Source: a virus
Taxonomy: Duplodnaviria > Caudoviricetes
Reading direction: 5' to 3' (one strand)
Length of the DNA: 64,000 bases
Virus record (IMG/VR): IMGVR_UViG_3300035498_000327
Coordinates: 1-64,000 of that record
Shown here: positions 39,390 through 49,472 of the stretch, piece by piece
Layout of the letters: each line of letters begins with the position of its first letter
Position numbering within the stretch: position 1 is the stretch's first letter
Notes under the pieces: model-generated
Told to the model about the DNA's origin: nothing
What the model saw: only the letters and a program-made list of their open reading frames with translations
Databases searched by the model: none
Translations under genes and position numbers: made by a program

Positions 39390-41147
39390 TTAGCATTTAA
39401 AGTTTACATAGAGGCAACCTTCATCTCCGTCTCCAGTGTCTACACTAAGGAGTCCTGGTAATGAGGATATCATTCTGTCTTTCATAAGCTCTTTCTCTAT
39501 ATGCTCTATAGTCTTATGAAGAGCCTGACGTACATACTGAGATCCATCATAGATAGACAGAGCCATAAACTTCTCATTCACTATTTCTACTCCGCATGTA
39601 AGCTTAGGAACGTTTCTGTTCTTATTGAAGCCATCAAATTCATCACTATCTATAGTGATATCGTTAGCCTTCATGAATACATCGAGATCCTTGCGAATCT
39701 TCTTTTGCATATTAGGATCTTTGTTGTATCTCCTAACTATTTCCCTTACTCTAGCAGTGACTATATCCATAGTATCCTGCTTCTCAGTGTCCAGATCTTC
39801 TGGTTTCACTTCTGTATATCTGTCGTTTTTCTTTTTTAGAAACCCTTCGATGAGTGACCCATCAGATTCTCTGATATTTGTTCTCTTAGCAGGAAATCCT
39901 TTAGGTAATGGTTTAGGCTTAACTCCTTTAGGAGGAGTAGAAAGAAGATAGTATCCTAACTTAGCATCAGCTTCCTTTAACTCAGATGGCTCTATATCGG
40001 TTCTAAAGTCATCAAACTCATTCTTCTTATCAAAATATGGTTCATCTTCAATGAATTCATAGATAGAGCCGGAAGCAGACATGATAGTACTATTGTCATC
40101 AAATCTAACTTCATATAACCCATTCCTAAACTCATTTCTAAGTTGCTTGAGTAAACCATTATCCATATCCTCATAGCCGCCGCCCATACAAGATTTCTCA
40201 AACTGCTCAAAATTCTTGCAGCTCGGTGAATGTTTGCTACAATAGTATTTAGCAAAATCTGACGGTTTGATATGGAGATACTTTAGTACGTACTCATATT
40301 CATAGAAATCATCTGCCGTAGCCTTAAGAGCATTGTTATAATCATTCATTGCCCTCTCTATGACTTCATCATGGTTAACAACAGGAGCGTTGTTTTTCTT
40401 CTTGCCAAAGAGTCCTTCTGTTACTACCGCTTCGCTGAATGGTACTGTTCCGAAGTACTTTTCACACTCCGTACAGAGAAATACAGGTTCACCCTTTAAG
40501 AACACCTTAACCTCTCCACCACATTTAGGGCAAGTTCTAGGAACTTTATCACCTTTATCGTTGACATAAGCAATCTCTTCTAAGAAAGATTCCTTAAAGT
40601 ACTTATCAACAACATTAGTTGCAGTAAAGTACTTGTTATCAGGGTCAAGCATCTTTAAGGATTTCTCTAAGTCGCCAATTATATAAGGAGCTTCGAGTTT
40701 GAATATCTTATCTAAACGAGTTACCTGGATTTCCTTCTGAACTTCATTTACACGGCGTAAGCCATCTTTGACTCTAGCTGCCATTCTCTTCTTCATCTTA
40801 GGATTCTTCATATATGGAAGCAAAGCCTTTGTAAGAGTAGATATATAAGGCTTATTATAATGCAGGTTCAAATCAGCAACTCGTTTCTTACCAACCAAAG
40901 TATCTAAAACGAAAGTATAACATGCAAATGCAGTGTTCTCCTTAAACTGAGGATCTGTGTCTTTGACAAGCTGAACTGCCTTCTTAGAAACTTCTGCTGG
41001 AGATAACTTAAGATCTTCAGGCTGTAGACATTTGATTTTTGACTTTTTCATTAGCTCGACACGTTTCTGGTAATCCTTTTCAGATTCCAGAAGTATATTT
41101 ACTGTTTCCTCTATCTCTTCTATCGCTTCTTTATCGGCATCACTCAT
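39390..41147 (-). CDS. Modular probable internal head protein with Zn ribbon
   Basis: 585 aa; CPKCG...CTEC; modules separated by hydrophobic-x-E motifs. Confidence 0.45.
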   Translation of the reverse strand: MSDADKEAIEEIEETVNILLESEKDYQKRVELMKKSKIKCLQPEDLKLSPAEVSKKAVQLVKDTDPQFKENTAFACYTFVLDTLVGKKRVADLNLHYNKPYISTLTKALLPYMKNPKMKKRMAARVKDGLRRVNEVQKEIQVTRLDKIFKLEAPYIIGDLEKSLKMLDPDNKYFTATNVVDKYFKESFLEEIAYVNDKGDKVPRTCPKCGGEVKVFLKGEPVFLCTECEKYFGTVPFSEAVVTEGLFGKKKNNAPVVNHDEVIERAMNDYNNALKATADDFYEYEYVLKYLHIKPSDFAKYYCSKHSPSCKNFEQFEKSCMGGGYEDMDNGLLKQLRNEFRNGLYEVRFDDNSTIMSASGSIYEFIEDEPYFDKKNEFDDFRTDIEPSELKEADAKLGYYLLSTPPKGVKPKPLPKGFPAKRTNIRESDGSLIEGFLKKKNDRYTEVKPEDLDTEKQDTMDIVTARVREIVRRYNKDPNMQKKIRKDLDVFMKANDITIDSDEFDGFNKNRNVPKLTCGVEIVNEKFMALSIYDGSQYVRQALHKTIEHIEKELMKDRMISSLPGLLSVDTGDGDEGCLYVNFKC

Positions 41148-43036
41148 TCCGTCATAAAAGACTCACTCACAGATTTACTAGAAGTCTCGATCTTCTTTAA
41201 GTTAGCTTCCACAGCAGTCAGCATCTTCTTAGCATCCTTATCATTAGGATTCTTCTTAAGTTCTTTCTCACACTTCTTCTTAAGCTGATTGAGCTTAGTA
41301 TTGAGCTTCTTCATGTTAGCCTTCTTAGCCATACCATTAAGCCCACCCAAGAACTTCCAAAATGCTCTAAGAACTACTACTGATAATGCTAAAGCTACTG
41401 TAAAGGTTATAGTTACTCCTACAGTAAGTACAATAGCTCCAAGAACTGCGATACAATAAGCAGCGCCTTTAAGATCGGAATCAAATCCAGTTCTTAATGT
41501 CTTCTCTACAATCTTTGGATCTGTAAGATCTCTCTTTGTGAACTTCATCTCCTGTAAGATTGTTTCTTCGCTAATATATAAGCCAGCAGCTAATTCAGAA
41601 GATTCTTTTAATACTGGATTCTGAGAGTCCAGTATCTTCATACATGTTTTAGCATCAGCAAGTATCTTCTTAGCATCAGATGAGGTAAACATCTTGTCTC
41701 CCTCTGCTGCTTTCTTAGTACAGTTCACGATTACCCTACTGCAATAGCCGGTTACATACTGCTTATCCTTCTCAGATAAATACTTGCTACCAAGCTTGAT
41801 GATAGTAGAAGCAGTATTAGGATAACCTTTCTTCTTACCTGTCAAATAGTAATCTGTAAGAGCCATTGCTTCCATGAAGTATGATTTAACAAATCCACTT
41901 TTCTGTTTGTCGCTGAATTCGTTATCAGAGAGTATAGTTTTGATCTTTTTACTTAAATTTGAATCATTGGAGATATAATCATCCGTAGTAGGCTTTAAGT
42001 CCTTCTCAACTTTCTTCATGAAGAGTTTCTCCTGGAGAACGGACTTAGTGTGTCTATCATACATATCTCTGTCTAAAGCAGACTCATATCTGAAGCCACT
42101 ATCTATAGTTTCAGAGCCTACTCTCATGATAGCATTAGTGTAGGTAACAATAGTACGACCGCAAGCACCCTCTATTTGCCTCTGGTTGTTTATATACGAC
42201 CCACAGTAAGCATTGGTTATGATCTCTGAGAAGGAAGGAAACAACTCACAACCGAACTGGCATCCTGCTCCGTATATCCAATTCCACTTCTCAACGAAGA
42301 TATCAGTACCCATACCTTTAAGCTTAAAGGTATTAGAGATAGATGTGATGATAGTGTTGATGTTTAAGAGATCTTCATCGCTGTAGTAGATCTCGATAGT
42401 GTTAATATCTCTTCTCTCTATACCGGAAACCTTAGCGGCAAGATTCTTTACACTCATATCTTCTCTACTTAAACCAAGGATACTGACCTGGAAATACATA
42501 GCCAGAATGTAAGCAATCTTGTTACGGTTTTCAGAGTATCCGCCTAATCTAAGATAGTCAAAGATATGACTAGCCAGAGCAACAAAGCACTCTGTACCGG
42601 ACTGAATGACTGTAGAGTTATTGGTAATTCTCATTGGATCGTTGTAGTAGACGATATTAGTCATAGCAGATAAGAGATATGTACATAGCACATCTATCTT
42701 ATTGCAGACATAGTACCCATTCTTTTCTGATATCAGACCAGAGCAGTCAATGAATACCTTAAGTGATCTGTCCGTCTTTACGTCCTTGCAAGTAAACACC
42801 TTAAATGATGCAGGTAATCCTTTGTTGTAGAAGCTAAGTACCACATCATCTCTCATGAGTACTCTAGACAATACAGCACTGGTTTGTCTGCGCTTTACAT
42901 CTTCTATTATTCCCATAAACTGCTGGGATCGCTTATCGATTCTTTCGGCCTTCATAACGTACTCAAGAATGTTTCTCTCATAATTGGGTATCTTGGTGTA
43001 CAGATATGAGTTGGCGAATGTCTTAACCTCATTCAT
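41144..43036 (-). CDS. Modular probable internal head protein
   Basis: GGAGG SD before ATG 43036; late-promoter motif at 43068-43079; hydrophobic segment near the C-terminus. Confidence 0.5.
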   Translation of the reverse strand: MNEVKTFANSYLYTKIPNYERNILEYVMKAERIDKRSQQFMGIIEDVKRRQTSAVLSRVLMRDDVVLSFYNKGLPASFKVFTCKDVKTDRSLKVFIDCSGLISEKNGYYVCNKIDVLCTYLLSAMTNIVYYNDPMRITNNSTVIQSGTECFVALASHIFDYLRLGGYSENRNKIAYILAMYFQVSILGLSREDMSVKNLAAKVSGIERRDINTIEIYYSDEDLLNINTIITSISNTFKLKGMGTDIFVEKWNWIYGAGCQFGCELFPSFSEIITNAYCGSYINNQRQIEGACGRTIVTYTNAIMRVGSETIDSGFRYESALDRDMYDRHTKSVLQEKLFMKKVEKDLKPTTDDYISNDSNLSKKIKTILSDNEFSDKQKSGFVKSYFMEAMALTDYYLTGKKKGYPNTASTIIKLGSKYLSEKDKQYVTGYCSRVIVNCTKKAAEGDKMFTSSDAKKILADAKTCMKILDSQNPVLKESSELAAGLYISEETILQEMKFTKRDLTDPKIVEKTLRTGFDSDLKGAAYCIAVLGAIVLTVGVTITFTVALALSVVVLRAFWKFLGGLNGMAKKANMKKLNTKLNQLKKKCEKELKKNPNDKDAKKMLTAVEANLKKIETSSKSVSESFMTE

Positions 43037-43103
43037 TGCAGTTATGCCTCCTTTGCATATAATCATTTACATTAATGTTCCGGATATCTGTTTTGGTTGA
43101 ATT

Positions 43104-43113
43104 ATATATTATA
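43104..43113 (+). promoter_or_regulatory. Putative early promoter motif ATATATTATA (also 56725-56734, 63066-63075; variant 59382-59394)
   Basis: Identical 10-mer shortly upstream of the SD/start of accessory operons; resembles the phiKZ early promoter motif TATATTAC. Confidence 0.5.
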
Positions 43114-43152
43114 AGCATGGTAACCAAATAATAATTCTAAAGGAGGGTAGTA

Positions 43153-43302
43153 ATGAAGAAGTGGAAAGAGCTTACAAATGAAGAGAAGATAGAGCAGGAG
43201 ATGAAAATGACTGCTACTCTATTAGCTGGTGCTATTGTTGAAGTAGTACTACTGACTATATCACTGGCTATTCTCGTAAACAAAATCTTATCATTGTACT
43301 AA
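43153..43302 (+). CDS. 49-aa membrane peptide
   Basis: AGGAGG SD; hydrophobic C-terminal half; not in the ORF track. Confidence 0.55.
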   Translation: MKKWKELTNEEKIEQEMKMTATLLAGAIVEVVLLTISLAILVNKILSLY

Positions 43303-43305
43303 AAG

Positions 43306-43764
43306 ATGGAGGTGAAAGAGGTGTACGATGAAGAGAAAAAGAAACTAAAGTTGTTCGCAGTTCGTGCTCATGCTAAAGAGAATATAGATGAGTTATATGA
43401 TCTTCTATACTGTGTAAATAATGAGAACGAGGCTAAGAAGATATTCCTTAAGGAATATGGCAAACGACTTGAAATTGATGGCATCCATCCAGTCGTAGGA
43501 AACTATGCCACTCTATACTATTTCGTAGACAATGTGATATTAGAAGGTGGCGACCACAGCTCATACACTGTTAATGCTAGAGAGAATAATAGTGGTGAGT
43601 TTACTGTAACTATTGACAATGTGCTAGGAGTTTCAGACATGGTAATCAAACAGAAGAACTGCCATTCTCATCAGCAACTTGTGGAAGATGGTGTGTATAT
43701 CTATACACTAATCGTTATGATAAGTTTGGATGACTGTTCACCAAGATATGTCTGGTACGATTAA
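43306..43764 (+). CDS. Hypothetical protein
   Basis: 152-aa ORF. Confidence 0.55.
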   Translation: MEVKEVYDEEKKKLKLFAVRAHAKENIDELYDLLYCVNNENEAKKIFLKEYGKRLEIDGIHPVVGNYATLYYFVDNVILEGGDHSSYTVNARENNSGEFTVTIDNVLGVSDMVIKQKNCHSHQQLVEDGVYIYTLIVMISLDDCSPRYVWYD

Positions 43765-43825
43765 AGACATCAATGTGTTGACTCTATGAAGAAACAAAAG
43801 TAAAAATTTGAGGAGGAAAGTAACA

Positions 43826-44512
43826 ATGAGTGAAAAGAAGAAAAATAAGAAGGGCATCGATGGGGGGATGCTGGTAATATTCGTATTATTGTGCATCATA
43901 TTGTTTTACTCTCTCAGTGGAAAGCTCTACAATGCTACACGTAAAGCAACAGATGAGTCAACAGAAAGTACACTTGTAGAGGAAACAACCACTGAGAGTG
44001 AACCGGAAGAGGCAGAAACAACTACAGATACTATAAATGTACAGTCGGAGGAGCCGGAGCAAACAGAAGAAGTAGAGGAAGAAGAACCAGTTGCTACAGT
44101 TGATAGCGAAGACGGTGAAGATCCAGATGAAGACTATGTATATGAAGAACCGATTATGCCGGATGGTCTTTATCTTTACTTTGTAGACAGCGATTATGTA
44201 ACAGTAGGTATTACTACTACTGGTACTGATGAGAATGGACTTAGAACTGGCAAAGCTACATTCTATTCTTATAGTAAAGGACAGAGTGTAGAAACTCATG
44301 AAGCAAGCTTCATTGAGGATAGCGAGGACTCTAATACGTTCACATGTAGTGATGATAAGTACATACTTAAAGCATTAGACTATGGTGCACTTAGAGTCCA
44401 GCGTGCATCTAAAGATGATACAGAGACCGGATTTGAGAATACTTATATTTTTATATACGGTTTCGATGGTTATAGTGAGACTGTTGTTAGGAGTGATAAT
44501 AGTGGTCTTTAA
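43826..44512 (+). CDS. Membrane-anchored protein with acidic E/T-rich stalk
   Basis: Basic N-terminus, one TM helix, acidic linker, beta-rich C-terminal domain. Confidence 0.6.
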   Translation: MSEKKKNKKGIDGGMLVIFVLLCIILFYSLSGKLYNATRKATDESTESTLVEETTTESEPEEAETTTDTINVQSEEPEQTEEVEEEEPVATVDSEDGEDPDEDYVYEEPIMPDGLYLYFVDSDYVTVGITTTGTDENGLRTGKATFYSYSKGQSVETHEASFIEDSEDSNTFTCSDDKYILKALDYGALRVQRASKDDTETGFENTYIFIYGFDGYSETVVRSDNSGL

Positions 44513-44951
44513 TATCATCTCAACACTAGAAGTTGAGACAACAAAGTATTCTTATAGCCTAAATCCGGATGGGACTAGAGCTATAGATACAGAACACAGT
44601 GAGCAGGAGACCTTCGTGTTTAAGTTCGACTCATTATCGAATGAGCGGATTATATTCAGGGAAGGTCCTCCTGTACTGGGAGTAGATGGTAAAGAGATGT
44701 ACTTCGATATGAAGAATGGTTCTCTTAGAGGAATACACTTTGAAGACTCTGAGCATATCTGGATAGTGCGTAAGCCAAAAGACTTCATGTCACAGTGTAG
44801 AGAAGCCTACTTGAGACAGAAGATTACAGAACGATTCCTTGGTATTATGGATGAGTCTCCTGCTAGTAAGGATAAGGAGGAGCTATCTGAGATACTGGAT
44901 GAGTTTGAAGTATCTGGTAAACTAGAAGAAGAGGACTACTTAGAAGAGTAG
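44502..44951 (+). CDS. Hypothetical protein
   Basis: GTG start after AGGAG within ORF 44382-44951. Confidence 0.5.
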   Translation: MVFNIISTLEVETTKYSYSLNPDGTRAIDTEHSEQETFVFKFDSLSNERIIFREGPPVLGVDGKEMYFDMKNGSLRGIHFEDSEHIWIVRKPKDFMSQCREAYLRQKITERFLGIMDESPASKDKEELSEILDEFEVSGKLEEEDYLEE

Positions 44952-45034
44952 TCCTCCTTCCTTTGTCTCACAGACTTTTATTTTTTATACTCGCTGGAAC
45001 ACCATATTAAAAATCTCTAGGAGGTGGATTTATA

Positions 45035-45994
45035 ATGTCTGCGATGGACCTTATCATGATGAACAGACAGATGACTGACAATCCTCTATATGTACACAAC
45101 GACAATGGGGACAGAATAGATTTAAGCGATCAACCAATGTTTGAACAACCTAATTTCATAGATTCTGTTGGCTCTGACTTACTGAATAGAAACAATAACA
45201 CAGTATTCGGCAGATACATGTATAACGGGGTTAGAGTACCTCGTGTTACATATGTATTGAGTTACTGTGCAGGAAATAGAGAGTACCTTATGGAATGGGC
45301 TGCTAGACTAGGTGATAACTACACTGTAGTGAGGGACAGAACACTTAGTGCTGGTACTAAAGCTCATGAGGTAATAGCAGAATACCTTACTAGTGGAACT
45401 ACTTACACAATGAAGAATGTTCCACGTACTAACCGCAGGGAAGTAAAGAAAAGTGTAAACAATTTTATGGCTTGGTATAATCATGTAACTCTCAACCTTG
45501 GCTGGAAGGTTGAGATTTTCCTTTCGGAAGTTCCACTAATCTGTCCTTGGTGTGGTGGAACAGCAGATGCTATACTTATAATCAACGGAAGGAAGTTCTT
45601 AGTAGACTTCAAGACCTCTAAGAAGATTAGTCCAGATTACTTCATACAGGTCTCTGCTTACAAGTGGATCTTAGACAACTTCTATCCTCAGTATGGTCCT
45701 ATAGAAGGAGTAGGTATACTAAGATTTGATAAATCTGCTGATACTTATGAGGATATATTCTTAGAAATGAATGTTCCACAAGATGCTCAGTTTATACTTC
45801 ATTGTCAGCAGGTATTCGGCTTAGCCTTAAACATGTTCTACACTATGAATGTCATCACAGCTGAGGCTAATAATATAAGGAATGAGAAGAAGTCACAGAG
45901 TAACATCGGTGCTATATCAGAAGGTATTAAGCAAGCTCCTGTAGTGAACAAGAGAGCTGAAGCTAATAAAGAGTATAAGAGAAAGAGGGGATAG
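45035..45994 (+). CDS. PD-(D/E)XK exonuclease (RecB/Cas4-like fold)
   Basis: PRVTYVL, GTKAHE, SEVPL, GTADAI, VDFKTS, QVSAY motifs. Confidence 0.8.
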   Translation: MSAMDLIMMNRQMTDNPLYVHNDNGDRIDLSDQPMFEQPNFIDSVGSDLLNRNNNTVFGRYMYNGVRVPRVTYVLSYCAGNREYLMEWAARLGDNYTVVRDRTLSAGTKAHEVIAEYLTSGTTYTMKNVPRTNRREVKKSVNNFMAWYNHVTLNLGWKVEIFLSEVPLICPWCGGTADAILIINGRKFLVDFKTSKKISPDYFIQVSAYKWILDNFYPQYGPIEGVGILRFDKSADTYEDIFLEMNVPQDAQFILHCQQVFGLALNMFYTMNVITAEANNIRNEKKSQSNIGAISEGIKQAPVVNKRAEANKEYKRKRG

Positions 45995-45998
45995 GGAA

Positions 45999-46562
45999 AT
46001 GATGATATACAAGGTTCTTGACACGAACAACGAAATCAATAACTGGTATCGCTCCAGTAATCTTCCTAAGTTAGTAAGGAAGATGATAGCGAAAAGTAAG
46101 AGGAACAAGCTTCGTAAGTTTGTCAATCAGTACGTTAACGATGAAAACCATCTCTTTACCTTAGAAGAGATATACGAGTTCATTGAATACTGTAACAGGT
46201 CTTTAGATCATCCGGAGATGTATCTGGAGTCTATCTTGTGGATAGATGAAGATCCTTGGAACGTATACTCTACCACGTTTAAGTGTGACGTAGATGAAGA
46301 GAATAAGACTTATATATTCTCTATCAGCAATATAAGTATGAGAAGTAATGAGTTCATTCTCAGTATCAGAGAGCGTAACGTCAAAGGTATTCGGACTATA
46401 GCAGCTATCAATTGTAATGAGACTGGGTTAAGAAGTGGTGTTAGAGATAAGCCAGAAGATATACAGAACTTAGTACGTGGATTCAATGCTATGATAGCAG
46501 AGATGATGGGCGTTTTGCTTAACAAGGCTCTTGATAGATCAGAAAGGATATATGAGATATGA
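45999..46562 (+). CDS. Hypothetical protein
   Basis: 187-aa ORF. Confidence 0.6.
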   Translation: MMIYKVLDTNNEINNWYRSSNLPKLVRKMIAKSKRNKLRKFVNQYVNDENHLFTLEEIYEFIEYCNRSLDHPEMYLESILWIDEDPWNVYSTTFKCDVDEENKTYIFSISNISMRSNEFILSIRERNVKGIRTIAAINCNETGLRSGVRDKPEDIQNLVRGFNAMIAEMMGVLLNKALDRSERIYEI

Positions 46563-47218
46563 AAAGAGATACAGTGAATAATGAGTTCTTGAAACTCGTA
46601 TATGACTTCTATGACTATTATAAGTTTCCTCCTGAGGAGAAAGTAGTAGAAGTTAAGAAAGGTGAAGGATTACTTGGGTTCCTTAAAACTACCACCATTA
46701 CCGAGAAGGATATTGCTCGTGAAGAACTGTATAGCTCCTTATCTAAGATGCATAAGTCCCTTAAGAATGATACTCCAACGTTTGATAGACTGTGGGATTT
46801 TTGTGAGTTCATAAGGGTAGCAGAGAAGATCTTCTTCTATTACAATAGCCCGGAAAATGATCTGTATGTAGAAGCAGATATTACTAATGCTGGCTCTGGA
46901 ACTAGAAAGTTCAGGATATCAGATACAGAACTCGGTACAGAGCTTAGGTTCACCTTAGATAAGGATGTCTTAGGTGTTAACAGTATCCGTATCATAATAG
47001 TAAGAGACTATGGACTAAAGATGGAGAACTCTTATACTATAGCTGATGGACAGATAAACTACCAGGATACATCAGACCTCTACTTGATCAATGAAATCAA
47101 CTTCAAGCTTAAGAAGGTTATGAATAACTCCTTTACGCAGATACTGCGCTTTATAGAACCAGACTATAGTAAATATGAGATACCAAAGGAGTTTGATTAC
47201 TATGACGCCAAACTATAA
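46559..47218 (+). CDS. Hypothetical protein
   Basis: 219-aa ORF with ATGA overlap. Confidence 0.6.
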   Translation: MKRDTVNNEFLKLVYDFYDYYKFPPEEKVVEVKKGEGLLGFLKTTTITEKDIAREELYSSLSKMHKSLKNDTPTFDRLWDFCEFIRVAEKIFFYYNSPENDLYVEADITNAGSGTRKFRISDTELGTELRFTLDKDVLGVNSIRIIIVRDYGLKMENSYTIADGQINYQDTSDLYLINEINFKLKKVMNNSFTQILRFIEPDYSKYEIPKEFDYYDAKL

Positions 47219-48320
47219 TAGAGGAATGCTTGTTGAGGTTCATATAGCAGACTTACACTTTGCTGCTTTTGACCCTAAGACACAATTTGATATACTGCAA
47301 GAACAGTTCTTGAATGAGATAGCTACATACCCTAGGATAGATATAATAACTGTCCTAGGGGATATTTTTGATCATAAGCTGATGTCTAACTCTGATGGAA
47401 CTATGTTTGCAGTTCAGTTTATTGACAGACTTATTGGAATAGCTAGAGCTAAGAATGCTACAGTAGTATTGCTTGCTGGTACCATGAGTCATGACTCAAA
47501 TCAGCTTAAGTTATTCTATCACTATGTCAACGACCCTACTGTTGATGTAAGGGTAGTAACCACGTTACAATTCGAGATGATTAAGGGAGCTAGAGTACTA
47601 TGTATACCAGAACTATATGGGTTAGATGAGAATATCTACAGACAACACTTGTTCGGAAGCGGATGGTATGACTCCGCTTTCATGCATGGTACGTTTAAAG
47701 GAGCAGTATATGGAGATACAGTAGGTAATGGAAGACTGTTTAGAATAGAGGACTTCATAAACTGTAGCGGCCCTATCATCTCTGGTCATGTACATAATGC
47801 TGGCTGCTTTGATGGATACTTCTACTATTGTGGGTGCCCATATAGATGGAAGTTCGGAGAAGAACAAGAAAAGGGTTTTATCGTGTTAATACACGATTTA
47901 GACTCCGGAGCGCATTATGTACATTTTAACAAGATTGAGAGCTTCAGATTTGATACAATTTACGTCGACGAACTGACTAATGCAGACCCTAAAGCGATAA
48001 TCGATTACATAAATGACCTTAAGTATAGAAGAGGTATAGACTTCATTAAGGTTAGATTTAGGGTCCCAGTAACAGGAGCTAGTAAGACTATCATCAGTAA
48101 CTACTACAGAAACATTAACGATACTACTGTGGAGTTTCTTGATGTAGAGGAAGAGCAAAAGAAGAAGATGGAGGATAAAGTAAAGAACTCAGAGTACGAC
48201 TTCTTAGTCAGTGATCAGTATACTGATATGGAAAAGTTCATTATGTACGTGAACCATCAGGAGCAATCACAGTTTATCACAGTAGACCAACTAAGAGCAT
48301 TATTAGAGGAGGAGGTATAA
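47202..48320 (+). CDS. sbcD: SbcD/Mre11-like metallophosphoesterase nuclease
   Basis: ADLH, GDIFD, GTMSHD, HGT, GHVH motifs. Confidence 0.85.
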   Translation: MTPNYNRGMLVEVHIADLHFAAFDPKTQFDILQEQFLNEIATYPRIDIITVLGDIFDHKLMSNSDGTMFAVQFIDRLIGIARAKNATVVLLAGTMSHDSNQLKLFYHYVNDPTVDVRVVTTLQFEMIKGARVLCIPELYGLDENIYRQHLFGSGWYDSAFMHGTFKGAVYGDTVGNGRLFRIEDFINCSGPIISGHVHNAGCFDGYFYYCGCPYRWKFGEEQEKGFIVLIHDLDSGAHYVHFNKIESFRFDTIYVDELTNADPKAIIDYINDLKYRRGIDFIKVRFRVPVTGASKTIISNYYRNINDTTVEFLDVEEEQKKKMEDKVKNSEYDFLVSDQYTDMEKFIMYVNHQEQSQFITVDQLRALLEEEV

Positions 48321-48321
48321 T

Positions 48322-48498
48322 ATGGATATTAGAGTAAAAACTAGTGGTTCCGTTTTCTTTCCGAAGTACTTTAAGAATTGGAAAGTAGAAGCTTTCCGTA
48401 AGGCTCATAAGGAAGGCAAGATTGAGTTTGAGACCGTGTATCAGTTTTGCAGTAACAAGCTTAAGCCTGTAGTGAAAATTAAAGCTAAGGAGGAATAA
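48322..48498 (+). CDS. 58-aa basic protein
   Basis: GGAGG SD; MDIRVKTSGSVFFPKYF...; not in the ORF track. Confidence 0.55.
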   Translation: MDIRVKTSGSVFFPKYFKNWKVEAFRKAHKEGKIEFETVYQFCSNKLKPVVKIKAKEE

Positions 48499-48502
48499 GA
48501 AT

Positions 48503-48772
48503 ATGATTATAGCTATACACGTATCTGATGATGAAATCACTTATACGGATAAAGTGCAGAAACTAGTTGATGGTTTCGTAGAACCAAAGAAAGAAAGTGC
48601 ACATGAAACTAGGGAAGAGATCAAGGAAGCATTATCAGATATCCTGGGCATTAAAGTTAATGATGTAACGCTTGTCGGTAATGAATTGCTTCGGTTAATT
48701 GGGCACTATATTGAAAAAACGGAATACAATATGAGAAGTCTCAGTGCTTTAATTTCAGTCTTTAAAGACTAA
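48503..48772 (+). CDS. Hypothetical protein
   Basis: 89 aa, AGGAGG SD. Confidence 0.6.
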   Translation: MIIAIHVSDDEITYTDKVQKLVDGFVEPKKESAHETREEIKEALSDILGIKVNDVTLVGNELLRLIGHYIEKTEYNMRSLSALISVFKD

Positions 48773-48778
48773 TGAACA

Positions 48779-49163
48779 GGTGGAGATCGTTGCGCTTGGT
48801 GGCTTCGATGTGCTTATGCTGGTAGTTATGTGCAAACTTGTAGCTGTTCTTATAGTGGTGATCCTGCATATGAATGGTACGTTACTAATACTAAAATTTG
48901 TGTGCCGCTGGTGGAGATCGTTGCGCTTGGTGGCTTCGATGTGCTTATGCTGGTAGTTCTACAGTAGCTTGTTCTGCTGGAGGTGTTGGTAGTACTGAGC
49001 GTAATGCTATTTCTTCTAAATATGGTGTACCGCTGGTGGAGGTCGTTGCAGTTGGTGGCTCCGAGATGCTTGTGCTGGTAATACTGTTAATGCTTGTTGT
49101 ATTGGTGCTGGTGCATGTATTCCTTCATACTATGGGGTAAAAGATACTTACGTTGGTGTGCCG
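48779..49163 (+). repeat. Array block 1: three head-to-tail DGR variable-region-like cassettes (48779-48907, 48910-49032, 49035-49163)
   Basis: Each reads GG(D/G)RC(A/S)WWLR.A.AG...C...(C/G)VP; junctions are CCGCT|GGTGGAG. Confidence 0.85.
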
Positions 49164-49183
49164 ATTAGAAGGAGGTGATACTT

Positions 49184-49462
49184 TTGCATTCTAAGGTTAA
49201 TTATATTATTGATCAAACTTTACGTACTCTAGGTGTAGAATTAGAGGTATTCGATAAACTGAATAAGATTGTCAAGATATCTGTCCCTAAAGAATCTTGG
49301 GATTATGTAGAAAGAGACCTGGATTCTGAAGCACTGGCTAAGAACATAAAGAGGTCTTTTATACAACTACGTTTCATCGATGATAGCTGGAAGTTCTCCT
49401 ATAGAGTAAGTAATAAAGTATGGACTAAAGAAGAGTATATGAAAGTAAGAAGTAAGACTTAA
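49184..49462 (+). CDS. Hypothetical 92-aa protein between the two cassette blocks
   Basis: AGGAGGTGA SD then TTG at 49184. Confidence 0.6.
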   Translation: MHSKVNYIIDQTLRTLGVELEVFDKLNKIVKISVPKESWDYVERDLDSEALAKNIKRSFIQLRFIDDSWKFSYRVSNKVWTKEEYMKVRSKT

Positions 49463-49472
49463 AGATATTAAA

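Noticed and set aside
48907-48914. E. coli Chi octamer GCTGGTGG at all three cassette junctions
   Set aside because: It arises automatically from joining CCGCT to GGTGG, and the likely host is a Firmicute with a different Chi. Treated as coincidence.
48898-49140. ORFs 48898-49140 and 49569-49826 with very hydrophobic stretches
   Set aside because: No SD. The hydrophobicity follows from reading NNT-rich cassettes in the shifted frame (NTN codons).
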